Positions 25,363 through 38,254 of a DNA stretch of 64,000 nt are shown piece by piece. Each line of letters starts with the position of its first letter. Positions within the stretch are counted from its first letter, which is position 1. The position numbers and the translations under genes are program-made. A model generated the notes under the pieces. It was not told the DNA's origin. It did no database searches and saw only the letters and a list, made by a program, of their open reading frames with translations. This DNA is from Ruditapes philippinarum. Taxonomy: Eukaryota. The stretch lies in assembly GCF_026571515.1 (NCBI RefSeq), contig NW_026854840.1, positions 1 to 64,000 of the forward strand, written 5' to 3'.

Positions 25363-26970
25363 TGTGTGTGTTATATAGATTATATAGTGAACTTAAAAAA
25401 TCTTCTTGTGAAAAACCGCTAGTTCAATTTCAACCAAACTTGGCAGGATTGTTCCTTGGGTGAAGGGCTTCCAAAGTTGTTCAAAAAATTTCATTCCATG
25501 CAGAAATCTGGTTGCCATGGCAACCAAAAGGAACTAAAAGGATACATTTAAAAAATCTTCTTGTAAAGACCCAAAAGGCCTAGAGCTTAGATATTTTGCA
25601 TAAGGCATTGTCTGGTAGACCTCTGACAAGATTGTTCAAATTATAGCCCTCGGGTCAAAATTGGCCTCGCCCCGGGGGTCATTGATTTTCACTATGTACA
25701 TATAGTAAAAAACTTAAAATACCTTCTTGTAAAAACCCAAAAGGCTTAGAGCTTAGATATTTTGCATAAGGCATCATCTGGTAGACCCTTACCAAGGTTG
25801 TTCAAATTATAGCCCTTTGGTCAAAATCGGCCCCGCCCCGGGGTCATTGATTTTTGCTATATGTACATATAGTAAAAACTTAAAACACCTTCTTGTTAAG
25901 ACCCAAAAGGCTTAGAGCTTAGATATTTTGCATAAGGCATTGTCTGGTAGACCTTTACCTAGCCCGCCCCAGGGGTCATTGGTTTTCCATTTATGTATAT
26001 AGTAAAAACTTTTAAAAAATTCTTCTAACAATTGACAAATGTTAAAGGTTAGATATTTTGCATGAAACATTGTGTTGTAAAACTCTAGCAAGATTATTCA
26101 AATTATAGCCCGGGGGTCAAAATTGTTCCCGCCCTGGGGGTAATTGATTTCAATATATACATATCTAGTAAAAAATCAAAAAAATCTCATTGTCTGAAGG
26201 TTCAAGGCTTAGAGCTTTAATATTTGTTAAATAATATCATCTAAAGGTACTCTACCAAAGTTGTTCAAATTTTGCCTCTTGTGTCAAAATTAGCCCCGCC
26301 CCTGGGAGCCATAGGTTTATCCTAAATGTATATAGTTAAAACTTAAAAAATCATTTTCTCTTAATTTACAAAGGATAAAGTTAAGATATTTTGCATGAAA
26401 CATTGTGTAGTGAACCTCTAGCAAGATTGTTCAAATTATAGCCCTGGGTCAAAATTGGTTCCGCCCCGGGGGTCATTGATTTTCATTTTGTACATATAGT
26501 GAAAAAAAAAAGTTTGTTTGAAGGTTCAAGGCATAGAGCTTTGATGTTTGATATATAATATCATCTATAGGTCCTCTACCAACGTTGTTCAAATGTCAAA
26601 AATTGGCCCTGCCCGGGGGCAGTGATTCTCATTATGTACACATAGTAAAAACAGAAAATAAAACAAATGTTTTCTGAATGGGAGAAAGCTACAGCTTAGA
26701 TATTTTACTTGAAATGTTGTTTGGTGGACCTGTATCAAGATTGATATTAAACCCTTGGGTCAAAATTATGCCTTGCCCAAGGGGACAGTGACCTACTTTC
26801 TTGTCCTTTGTAAACAGCAATGACATTTTGACCATGTGCACAGTTTTAGTTGTAAAATTTAACTTTGACCTAGATTTTGATGATGTGACTTTCTTTCTTG
26901 TCCTTTGATGTATAGCTATGAAATTTGAACCATGCGGTGGCATAGCATTTTTCTCAAATGCAATCTTGTT
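25261..26970 (+). mobile_element. Non-autonomous Helentron-like element with (TG)n tract and ~165-bp tandem repeats
   Basis: 5' atgccaccgca...tgcggtggcat hairpin, (TG)n, repeats containing ggtcaaaattggccccgcccc; 3' tgcggtggcat, hairpin gcattt...aaatgc, and cttgtt. Confidence 0.8.
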
Positions 26971-27982
26971 TTTGTTTGTTTTTATTTGTTTGTTTTTTGT
27001 TGTTGTTTTTTTGGGGGGAGGGGATTGGGGTACTGTGTTGTGATATTTGCCATAGTTAAATTCAATACTTTTAGTAATAAGGACTGAGTCCCGCTTGGGC
27101 CGATGTAATAGGATGTACAGGACTGTGCTACAGCGTGAACAGGAGGGTTTGACGTTGAATGGGTTCTGTGAGAGATGTCACTCTTCCAGGACGTTTGAAT
27201 AAACATGGTTATAAAATGACATTTGCCAGGATATGTAAAAAATACGTCAAAATTCATTCAAGTCTGATATGAAAATGCAATTAGGCAATTAAGGCGTTAC
27301 GTCAGTCATGAATTCATGTTGGAATCTTAGAAAGAAGTCTTTTTTCCAGAATGACTGAATTAATTGTTCTTAAGATTGTCTATGTTAGGAAGGCACAAGT
27401 ATGTACATTTGAACCATATTTTACTATCTTAGGAATGTTGCCAAGCTTATTCGTTATAAAAAGAAATCAGAATGTTTCTCAAACGATAAACCGTTGCAAG
27501 AAGAATGGATGGTATGATATTTCACAAAAGTCGTCCATGTTCATCAATGTTTTCATGTTTAGGTATGTTGATGATGATGATGATGATGATGATGATAATG
27601 AAAATAATAGATTCTAAATGACTTTTCTACCTTGAACAAGACCTTTGGGATCCAAGAATGTCATACCACAACGTCCCCCCCCCCCCCAGCACACACAGGT
27701 TTTGGCTCAAATTTCGCCGGAGAGGTTGTATAATTTCATGTGAGGACGCTATTTTGCTAACAGAAATGTTGTTTTTTAATTTTCTTTTTGGGTGACCGCT
27801 AGAAAAAGGAAAAGTGCATGTTGAAGTATTCTTCTAAACCGTATGATATTTACAAGAACGATACAATCTATTTTAATGCCTCTCATGTTTTATTTCACTT
27901 TATATTGTCCAAATCTATTTGACTAAGAATACACGCATCACAATGACATTCTTAAATATCATTTTCTTTCTTCTTCAGGGAA

Positions 27983-30900
27983 ATGAACCTTTTTGCATTA
28001 GTCGTTGCTACTTCGTTTATAACGTCCTTAACCGCATCACAGAACACAAACGGTAAGTAAATTGATAACAAGGTGTACCATAATTTATTTGGGATTAAAG
28101 CGGCGCTGCAGTGTTTTAAGGCCAAAAAAATCGAAACATCTCGGCTTTTATTCATAATAACCTCGGATTGAAAGTAGTTCTATCTCGTGGTTTAAGGAGT
28201 AAACAAATAAAGAAAAATAAATAAATAAATAAAAAAAAAATAAACAACAAAACAGTGTAATGTTTGGTAAGGTGTAATAAGTGTATATTGTTTGACATCC
28301 AAAGGAAAATGAAGTCAATTTCGGTGAAAATTTGATTAAAATGTCTGACAATCAAAAACAATTTACTAATGCCCACTGATGAACAATTATAAACAGATCA
28401 AAATTAATGTCAACCGGAAGAGATTTTGTACTTTCGGTTTCTACAACTATAGTAATATATATGTATAATATGCTGTTAACATTTTTAGCTATAGCTTTAC
28501 TTAATTAAGGTGGATCTTTACTCAATATGTTAGAAAAAACATATTCAACTACTCCAAGCGTTTCATTACTATTTATTTACATGTATAACTTCTAAGCTTA
28601 AGTTACTACGAAATACCGTATCCTTCTACGTATCCGAAGTTTGGAGGAAAAGGCCGAGAAAATGAGATTGGGACCAATATTTATAAATAAGAAAATTCGG
28701 TTTTGATCAGAATAATCTATAATAATTGCGTAACCTTTTACTTTTGTGTGATCAATTTTCCATGCTTTGAACTTACCTTAGAACAGTCAATTTGAATTTT
28801 GAGGACAAAATATAAACACTTCTTGCACATCAGACTGGCGTTTCTATTAATTTCACTCATGCCGGAAATTTCATCTGGCAATAGGGGTGCGCTGTACAAT
28901 GGCACACTTGACGTTATGTAACCGTTATGAATGAAGATGTATTTTCATATACTCTTGTACAAAAATAGTTACGGATGAAATGACATAAATTTACATGGAA
29001 AATTGTTTTATTAAGGTAAAGAATTTAAATTATAATGAAATATGGTAGAATATGCACTAAAAATATCTGACATACGTTTGCAATTCGGATCGGAATATTC
29101 GTTCCTTGGGAACACGCCCAATGGCAATGGCGGTCACTGAGCAGGCCTCGTCAACGTCCAATGCGCGATCCCTGCAGGACGGATATTCCAATCGGAACCG
29201 CAACATACGACATCAAAATCTAATAGCGTTTCTTCAACTAAAAGCAGAAACAAGCTGGTTTGTTACCCGTTTCACATTCCTTTTAACAATTTGATAACTA
29301 TTCCATTGAACCTAAAGGCACTAAATTTGACTAAATAAGATAACACAAGTTATGGTGAAGTAAGTAAGTAAGAAGCCGCATGAATTGCAAATAAGTTCAA
29401 ATTGCCTTGCCGTAGGTTTAGCAGGTGCCATTTTGCCACAGTTTTGAAATTAAATTAAAAAGAAAGGCTATGAATTAAATTTGAATTTTCTCCGACAATT
29501 TTCTTATATTACCGATAAAAACTCAATACTAATCTTTTCATACTGAAATGTGTACTATAGCTTAAAGTGTCATTATGCTTCTTATTTCAATGTCTTAATT
29601 GACACTATGATTCAAAAGATTGAGTGTTGAAATGGTAACTAGAATCTGTTACGGATAAAAAAGTATTATGTCTAAAATATTTCAAAAACTGCTCCACTTT
29701 TTATTTTAATCGACCGTTACAGGTCCGATGGATATACACAGAACTTTCCTTCGGCCAGTGAGTTATGCGAAGTATATTTTAATATAGAAATGTTAACTTA
29801 TTTTGACTTTCACCCGTTCACTCACAATATTTCCTTGGATGGGCATACTGTCAGTTTAAATGTGTTTTTATTCTTGTTTAAATTTTCACCTTCTTTTGCA
29901 GGGGAAACAAGGCGTTTTCTTTTAGATGGTCTACATGTTGATAAGGATGAACTAGATAAGATTCCAGACTTTTTAAAGCAAATTGAGTGTACAAAATGTA
30001 AATGTGATCATGAATGTCACGCACGAGATTTTGATCTTAAAGGTAAAGCAAAATTTTTGTCAAAAACAAATGTTTTTAAGGAAAATTGAAGTTTTAATTT
30101 TTTTTTTTTTACATTCAAGAAACATTAAGAAAAACCTTCAAAACTCAAGGTATATTGCAAAATTTTTGTATCGACAACTTGTACCGGAAGCGATAGTTCA
30201 ATAAACTTCGGAGCAAACATACATGCACAAAATTTTCTAAAATTATTCCATATATAAAGTCTTCATTTTACCTCGTACATCTTTCAGCTGTGTGTAAAAT
30301 TATAAATTGTAATTTAATAAAATATTAAGATGATTACAACTGGGAGCAGAAAACCGATTTATATAAATCTATACCACACGGCTTTAACTTCCATTTCAAA
30401 GAATGTTTGATTATAGTAAGGCTGTAAGAGATGGACAGATGGGCTGCCAGACCATTGCTCTCTTTGAGCCTACATACACTTTAACACACTACCAAAGTTG
30501 TTGATACATGTACAACCTCTGTTACTCGGACGGGAATAAATTTAGTGTCTGTTTTAACAAAACGGCTATTTACATTTGAATTGAATTGATTATTGAATAA
30601 AGATTGTTATTGTTTTTTATGTTTGTTAAATAACATATATGTTAATAGAATAAGAGTTGCTAGTATTTTTATTTTTGTAACTTTAAAGCATCATAGATAA
30701 CTAGGCAGGACTATTAACAACTCAACTCTTAATTTTCCCGTCGAAAACAATAGGGAGAGCATTGGCTTTGTAATACAGGGGGCCGCTGGTTCGATTTTCG
30801 GGCTAAACGAACTATTTTTTGCGACAATTAATCATGAACATTGGTCTTAATGGTCAATTATCTCTTAAAAATGTTTTGCCAGTTAACCTGCCGGCTATAT

Positions 30901-33900
30901 GGGGAACGCCATGTTTGTTCTCGATATCGTGAATAATACCCACTTAGTATTGGTTTTCCAGGGGTTAAAATTAGCAACCGTATCGCTTTCAAAATTTCAA
31001 TCGCTTTCAAAAGCTCGCCGATGATTTGCAGTTTGAAAGGTCACGAGAAGGTTAGCTCCTATTGATGCCAGTCAGATCGTTATGCGTAATTTTAATCAGA
31101 TTGGATGGACAATCTGCAAAATGCGTGTAAATACAAAATATTTATTACCATTCTCTAAAGTGTGTGTTATTTAGCTTTTATAATAATTATTTTTACTTTT
31201 TCAGAGGATGATGTTTGCAAAGATTTCTGGGATTCCATTTCATGCACAGGTAAATTGATTTAAAAAAAGGTCAATGGTAGAAAACCATATAACTTTGTGC
31301 AAGACCAAAACTAAACAATTTCTTTGTCGTCATTCGGTTCTTCATAATTTTAAAAATAATAATAATAATAAATTAAAGAGAAAAAGTTCTAAATTCATAG
31401 AAAAACTTAAACTTGTAATTTCGCTTTTGTCTTTTTCATCAAATTCAGAACACAAGAAGAAAAACTAAACAAAAAACTATACGTGTTTCTAAGTTGCCGT
31501 CATCAACGTAGAACATGATAAAAAGAATTGACAATTTATTGGATTGAATTACTATTGGAACTCGCATAGGAATTCAAATGTCTTTGTTCAGAGTTGTGTG
31601 AAGTAGCTTTTCTCTCCCGTACATATCGTAAGATTAAGAACAAACTATTGTCTTGTCAGACGTCTATCGTGATTTGCACTCGCATATCAGATTGCTATTA
31701 GACTTTTTTAAAAATGCCTATATTTTTTACTTTTTCCACAATGATATATCACATAAATTATGTTGTTCCCGTGCACATAAATAAGTGTCTGAATTGCAAA
31801 AGGTAAGTGTGCACTTGGTCACAGCGGAAGTTTGTATGCTAATATAAAGAAATAAATATATAAATAATAGCCTATTTTCTCTATGAAAATATATGTATCT
31901 TTTGATCTAGTTATTTTATGTAATTATTTTCGAAAATTATATATGCTATGTAAAAAAATTACGTTTATACATGTACATACATATGCACATGTTTTATTGT
32001 ATTAAACAGTAATAGACGTTTTATATTATTGTAATATTGTAACGTTTCTTTTACGCGCCAAATGTGACGTCTATTAACGTATACGTCTGTTTTGTACTTT
32101 TACGTCATTTCCTTAATGTGTCAACTGAGGAAGCTGAATAAAGCGAAACATGTGTTGATACTTAATTTGTGTTGGTTTTGATCCAATTGTCTTAATATAT
32201 AAATAAGCAAAATATTAGGAATAAAATAGTGTGGAAATTAGCAAAATAGATATATTGACTACAAAACTGTTTGAATGTGATTGAATTGTAATTTTGTGAT
32301 ATCTTCTTGGTTAATATCTTGTTTCCTTTATTAAACTATAATATAATAAAAAGTGTTTGTGCCTTGTTTGAACATGGTGACGCAAATTTTTGTGTTACCT
32401 CCGGTATTTAATGATTAACTAATGATTAATTTTCATCCTTCCAAGTATCTTGATTAAGTTCACTTCATTAAAAGAATTTATCGAGCCTCGTTACATTTGT
32501 TGCCACATTTATACATTCAATACAAAAATTCTACAAAAATCTTGTTTTATTTTGCAACTTTACGTTTTTAAGCCATGGTGTCTCTCATTTAGCCTTAATT
32601 CACATGGTTACAACGGCAGATGTAAGATGATGTGTGGCAGCTGTAAAAAGATGTCAATTTCTGTACTTCAGGGTTTTTTTCTGGCCCTTCGGGATAATTG
32701 CATACAAAACGCCTGTGTTGATAATTGTTTTTATACCACTTAAGAGGTGCTCCTTGGCGTTTGATAGGTTGCGTTTCGATAGTGAGGTAGTTTAAACCCC
32801 TGGTGTTTCTTAAGTTAACACCTGAGATTAGCCAAGTTCATCTTTCATCTTTTAAAGGGTTATAATCCTACTATTTTACAACATATCGTATGCTTAGTGT
32901 TCAACTCATTAACAGTTTGATGCTACGCTTTACTGTTTTGATTACATTTGACGGACAAAGTCGGAGACTCTATGATGGGCAGATTTTAAAGCCCATTAAT
33001 TTCAATCATATTTTATTGCTATAAACATGTATATACAATACAGATACAAATTTTATATGTATTATAAACAGCAAAAACAAACGGGTTGGGCCCAAGTTCT
33101 TACAACATTAGCGGTCGGCCCTCCACGGAAAGCCTATTGGGACTGAATTGCCTTAATTTTGCTTCGTCGGGCCCTTGTAAGTGATCTTTTTGTTGCTCTG
33201 TCTTCCTTTTAGACATTGAGTACTTTTGTTATGGTCATTGGGTTTCCTTTTGTACGTTTCTACATGAGCATTTCGATGTTTTACTTATTTCACCCTGTGT
33301 AACTATGACAACTGTTAGAATTTTACTTGGCGGGGATTTATTTACTTACACTGTCTCGTTTATAGGGACATGGTGGAGCTAAAAGTGAGGTTTGGTGCAC
33401 CATTAACCAGTTTTAATTCCCCAGCAGTATTTATGCTGCTGACCGTTCCAAGGCGGCGCCCCTCTATGTTCGTCTGATATATGTTTTTGTTGTTTCATAC
33501 TGTTCTGGTGACACTTTTGCGTCCCTTGTTGATTTCTTGTCCACGGTAAGTATCTTCCCCTTTGCCCCCAGTTTTTATTTCCATTATTTATACCCCCTTC
33601 ACCAGGTGTCCTGTCCCCTTTGACTTTATGGGCCTATTATTCAGTCATTTATTTTTTTTCTTTAGTTCCTTATCAGTTACTAATTAATTCCTCTAATGTA
33701 TGATTTTAACGATTAACCTGCCCATGCTCCGCCTTTTGGCCTGTCCTGTTTTTGTTTAGAGTCCTTCTGGGCTCCTTGCGACTGGCTCTTGTTGCTGGAT
33801 CGTGTGGGGGTTGCGTTCGTTGAGCGCCACCTTTCCTTGTTGATCTTGTTTATCATATTTCCTGTTGCGGCGCCATATGACCTTTATTATGTTGGTCGTC

Positions 33901-36900
33901 ATAAAACAAAACAAACACAACTATAATGTATTATTTTCTCGTGTTCTATTTGAATAGCTACAGCTGTTTCATCTGGAAACACTGGAGTAACATCCGATCA
34001 CTGTGCGAGCGCACTGTGCAAAAATAATGGAACTTGCAACAATGTCCAAAGTACTTACATGTGTAATTGTCAGACAGGATGGACGGGAAACACCTGCGAA
34101 ACAAGTAGGTTTGTTTTAGTAATAGTTATTACTCGTTATCATTATTTCTGTTTTTATTAATGTTATAATTATATATTAATCATGTATTGCATTTTGTTTT
34201 ATGCAATTATTTTACCATAATTTTCAGAACTTTTGTTGTAATTTTTTTATCATTGTTGTTGTTGCCATTGGTATTATAATTATTATCATTATTATTATTA
34301 TTATTGTTGTTGTTGTTGTTGTTATCATTATTATAATTATTATTATTCTCATTATGAGTAGTAGTAGTAAAGTAGTAGTGGTAGTGTTGGTGGTGGAGGC
34401 GGTGGTTGTTGTTGTGGTGGTGATGCTTGTTGCAGTTATAGTATGAGTGGTTCTGATTGTAGTATCATATTTTGTTTCTTTAAATTACATTACTCATGAA
34501 ATTAAGCCTTTGTCTTAAACTGACCAACACCAGAATCCCAATATATTGTGAAAAATTGTAATGTTCTGACCGACATACCTCGAGGAAAACAAATTTTGCA
34601 GTACGTACTTAAGCAATAAAATATTATAAATACAATTGAATTCAATATGTAACTATCTTTTTTATAACGTATTACAAATACTTCTTTCTCTTAATAAATT
34701 TATGCACATTCATCACATTGTGTATTTAGAGGTACAACCGCAAGATCAGTGTGCAACTCTGAACTGTCACCATGGAACATGTTCCATAACCAATGGCGTG
34801 GCTAGTTGTACCTGTAACCAAGGCTGGAAAGGCAACCAATGTCAGACAGGTATCATTGAACAGTTTAACAAGTTTAAGTTTTAAGTTTACAAGTTTAACA
34901 AGTTTTATTCATATCAAACCAGAAGGTCAACGACCCATGTGGCAAAATGCAAATATGGCAGTTTACAAACTAGCATATAAGACCTACATAAATAATATTA
35001 ACGAACATATTTCCGTTTCAGTTTACGTAACAGTAAACATAACTTATTTAGCAAAAGGTATTGAGTTTTGCATTTAAAATAGTTTACATAATTACAAACG
35101 AAACTGGTGACAGATATGAATATAAACTGTCCAAAATACATAGATAACTAAGTGATTGAAGCAGTTTACCGGAAATATAGCAAATTATGATTTTAAAATT
35201 ATTGGTAACAATGATTCGCTGAATGAGTAAGATAATATAACATCTGAGAAAACCATATTTGTCAGCCTTGTCCGAAAAACGAAAGAGACAAGATTGGCAT
35301 ATGGTAAAACAAAAAGTTGTTTAACAATATCATGAAATAAAAGATATATTTACAAATTTAATTTTACAATTACTTAAGTTGCACAGTTGACAAAGTTACT
35401 GCACCTTAATAACCTTAATTACGCTGAATGAAAAAAGTGTTGTTCCTAACATTAAAAGATTGTAAAACATTGAACTGTTATGTACTATTTGGTAACATAA
35501 ATTGTTAATTTTACTGATGCAATCGTTTAAAGTTTCGGAAATATAAATAAATTTTCCTGGAAACTTTGAATAATACAGATGCTTAAACAATAGTCACTGT
35601 AAGGTTAATCATGACATCAGTTACAGTTTCAAGAAGCATGACGTCATTGTAAGCGTATTGAAGCATGATACCATTCTAAGCTTATTGATATATGACGCCA
35701 TTATAAGTGTATTGAAACATGACGTCACTCAAAACTTATTTAAAGATGACGCCTTTGTAAGCGTATTGAAGCTTGGTGTCATAATAAGCTTATTGAAACA
35801 TGACGTCATTGTAGGTGCAATGAATCATGACGTCATTCTCAGTTTTTTGAAGCGCAACGAGATTCTAAGCTAATTGAAGCCTAACGTCATTTCAAGCTTA
35901 TTGAAATATGACGCCATTGTAAATGTATTGAAACATTATCTCATTATAAGTTATTGAAACATGACGTCATTTAAGCGCATAAATGCATGACGACATTCTA
36001 TGCGTATTGAAGCACGACCTCATTCTAAATTTTTTGAAACATGACGTCATTGTAAGCATATCGAAACATGACGTCATTATGCGATTATTGAAACATGACG
36101 TCTTTGAAAGCGTATTAAAGCATGATGTCATTGTAAGTTTTTTGAAACATGACTTCGTTGTAAGCTTATAGATAAGAAGCTCGGAAAACTCTGTAATATG
36201 ACTAGAAAACGGCAAATTGCACGTTTAAAGCTGATGACGGTTTACTTAAAATTAGACTTGCCTCTGAAATCATGTACCAATTGAAAGGCTTTCATCAAAA
36301 CTATTAAAATGTTTCAAATTAATTCAATTTAATTAACACTTAACTATCTCTAAAGCTATGTTGACCCATGTGCATTTAACATAGATATAGAGAACATGAT
36401 GGCGAAGGTTTATCAGGACAGGAAGAAAGTGCGAGCTTTGGGGAACAAAGATTCACTTTCACAGCAAACCGGATAAACCGACTTCAGATTTGTTTTCGAT
36501 TCATCTTGCTTTTGTCTATTTTTTTCATGTTGTTTAGATTATTCAAACGGTTTCATTCACGATAACCTTTCCCCCGATAAAACAGCCTTTTTCTTGCATA
36601 TCAGACAGGATTATCTACCGTTTACACCGGTGCTAGAAAACCCTGTCTTACACCCCCCCCCATGTAAGACAAGTCGCGTGCTTTAAATGACGTCAGTGCT
36701 GCGCGCCTTTTATGAATGAATTGCGTTCTTAGGATGACGTCACTTAACCGTTATGAATGAAGCTGTAAGTTCATACGCTACTATTAGAAAAAAGTGCGTA
36801 ATGAGAATATCAGTTTTCGTAATTTCTGTTCTAAAATAATTGATATGTAATATGCAAGAAAAAGAATCAAACACTGGCTGTCGGTGCAGACGGGAATATC

Positions 36901-38197
36901 TAGCTCTCGGGTGACTGTTTAAGGCGGAAACTCGGCAGAGCCTCGTTACTGCCGTAAACAGTCACCTTTGAGCTAGATATTCCGGTCTGTACCGGCAGCC
37001 GGTGTAAGATTCTTATAATATATAACTACTAACCATGTAACGTCATCATAGGCTATCCATGTGACGTAATGACTGGAGATAGATAAGCTAATCCGTCAAG
37101 GCTTTATCCAGTTGATAATATAGACAGTAGCAAGATATTTCTTGGTTATTTCAGATATTAATGAATGTACACAACATCCATGTCTTCACAACGGATATTG
37201 CATGAATACGGATGGAACATATTCTTGTTCATGCGCGAATGGTTGGGAAGGCAGTCAGTGTGATATAGGTAAAATATCGTGTTTTTTGTATAGAGTTTTA
37301 ATGGTTTCACATATCAAGCATATAAATGGTTTGTTCACTTTATTTTCCTGTTATTCTTACGCGGATTTTTTTACGCTTTGGTCATATCTATCTTAGTTTG
37401 CTTTCCGCCTAACCGGCTACAGTGACAAAATGGGGAATAACCTCGCAATCGACAAACAGGATTCTTAGCCACATTTGCTTTCTGAATAAGTTGTGGGAGA
37501 CAAATGACCATTAGACTTAATGTCCGAAATCAAATGTGACAGAGCAATGAGGCCTCGTGAGAAAACCTAATCAGATTACATATTTAAACTGACAAGTATA
37601 AAATACTAAATTGTCCTATAATTTGAAAATGAATTGTTTATTTGTTTTGATTAAATATATGCTCGAATTTGCGTTTTGACCCTTCCTTTCTAGTAATTCT
37701 TTTTCATCACTGAAATAGCACAAAATGACATAAAAGAAAGGCTAAAATGTTTGATACAATTTTACACAATTGGTATTTTTAAATTATAGACGTATATTTA
37801 TAAATCATTTCATGCTAGTCAATCTATACAATGGCCTTGAGAAAAAGGTAGTTAATACAGTTCATACAGAATCGTATCAGTATCATTATAATTTAAACGA
37901 AAAATAAAACAAATGTAAAAGGCAATGACTAGTTGGTTTTATTTAACCATTGAACATTCATAAATGGCTACAAATGGGGTATACACAATGCACTATTCTT
38001 TACATGATCATACACGACCATGTGTTTTTTGTCCACAGACACCAATGAATGTTTGAGGAACCCATGCCCTATTGCCAACGCTACCTGTACCAATACTGAT
38101 GGGTCATACACCTGTAGTTGTCCGAGTGGATGGGAAGGCGTTAACTGCGAAATAAGTAAATTAGAAAACAACTTTACATTTGTGTTTGCGTTTGTAT

Positions 38198-38254
<57 letters not shown>

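Noticed and set aside
28330-28640. Similarity to about 57980-58310 as a conserved regulatory element of genes B and C
   Set aside because: The copies lie in non-equivalent introns; an old dispersed repeat is the simpler explanation.
29902-29930. RRFLL as a PAR1-like tethered ligand
   Set aside because: Only a short resemblance to R/SFLLRN; the Ser is missing and there is no receptor domain.
34201-34446. Hydrophobic ORF as a transmembrane exon of gene B
   Set aside because: It is a translation of ATT/GTT/GTG microsatellite with no convincing splice context.
35658-36215. KHDV-repeat ORFs as a repeat protein (also 40023-40263)
   Set aside because: By-product of a 27-bp minisatellite that is open on both strands and interrupted by stops and frameshifts.
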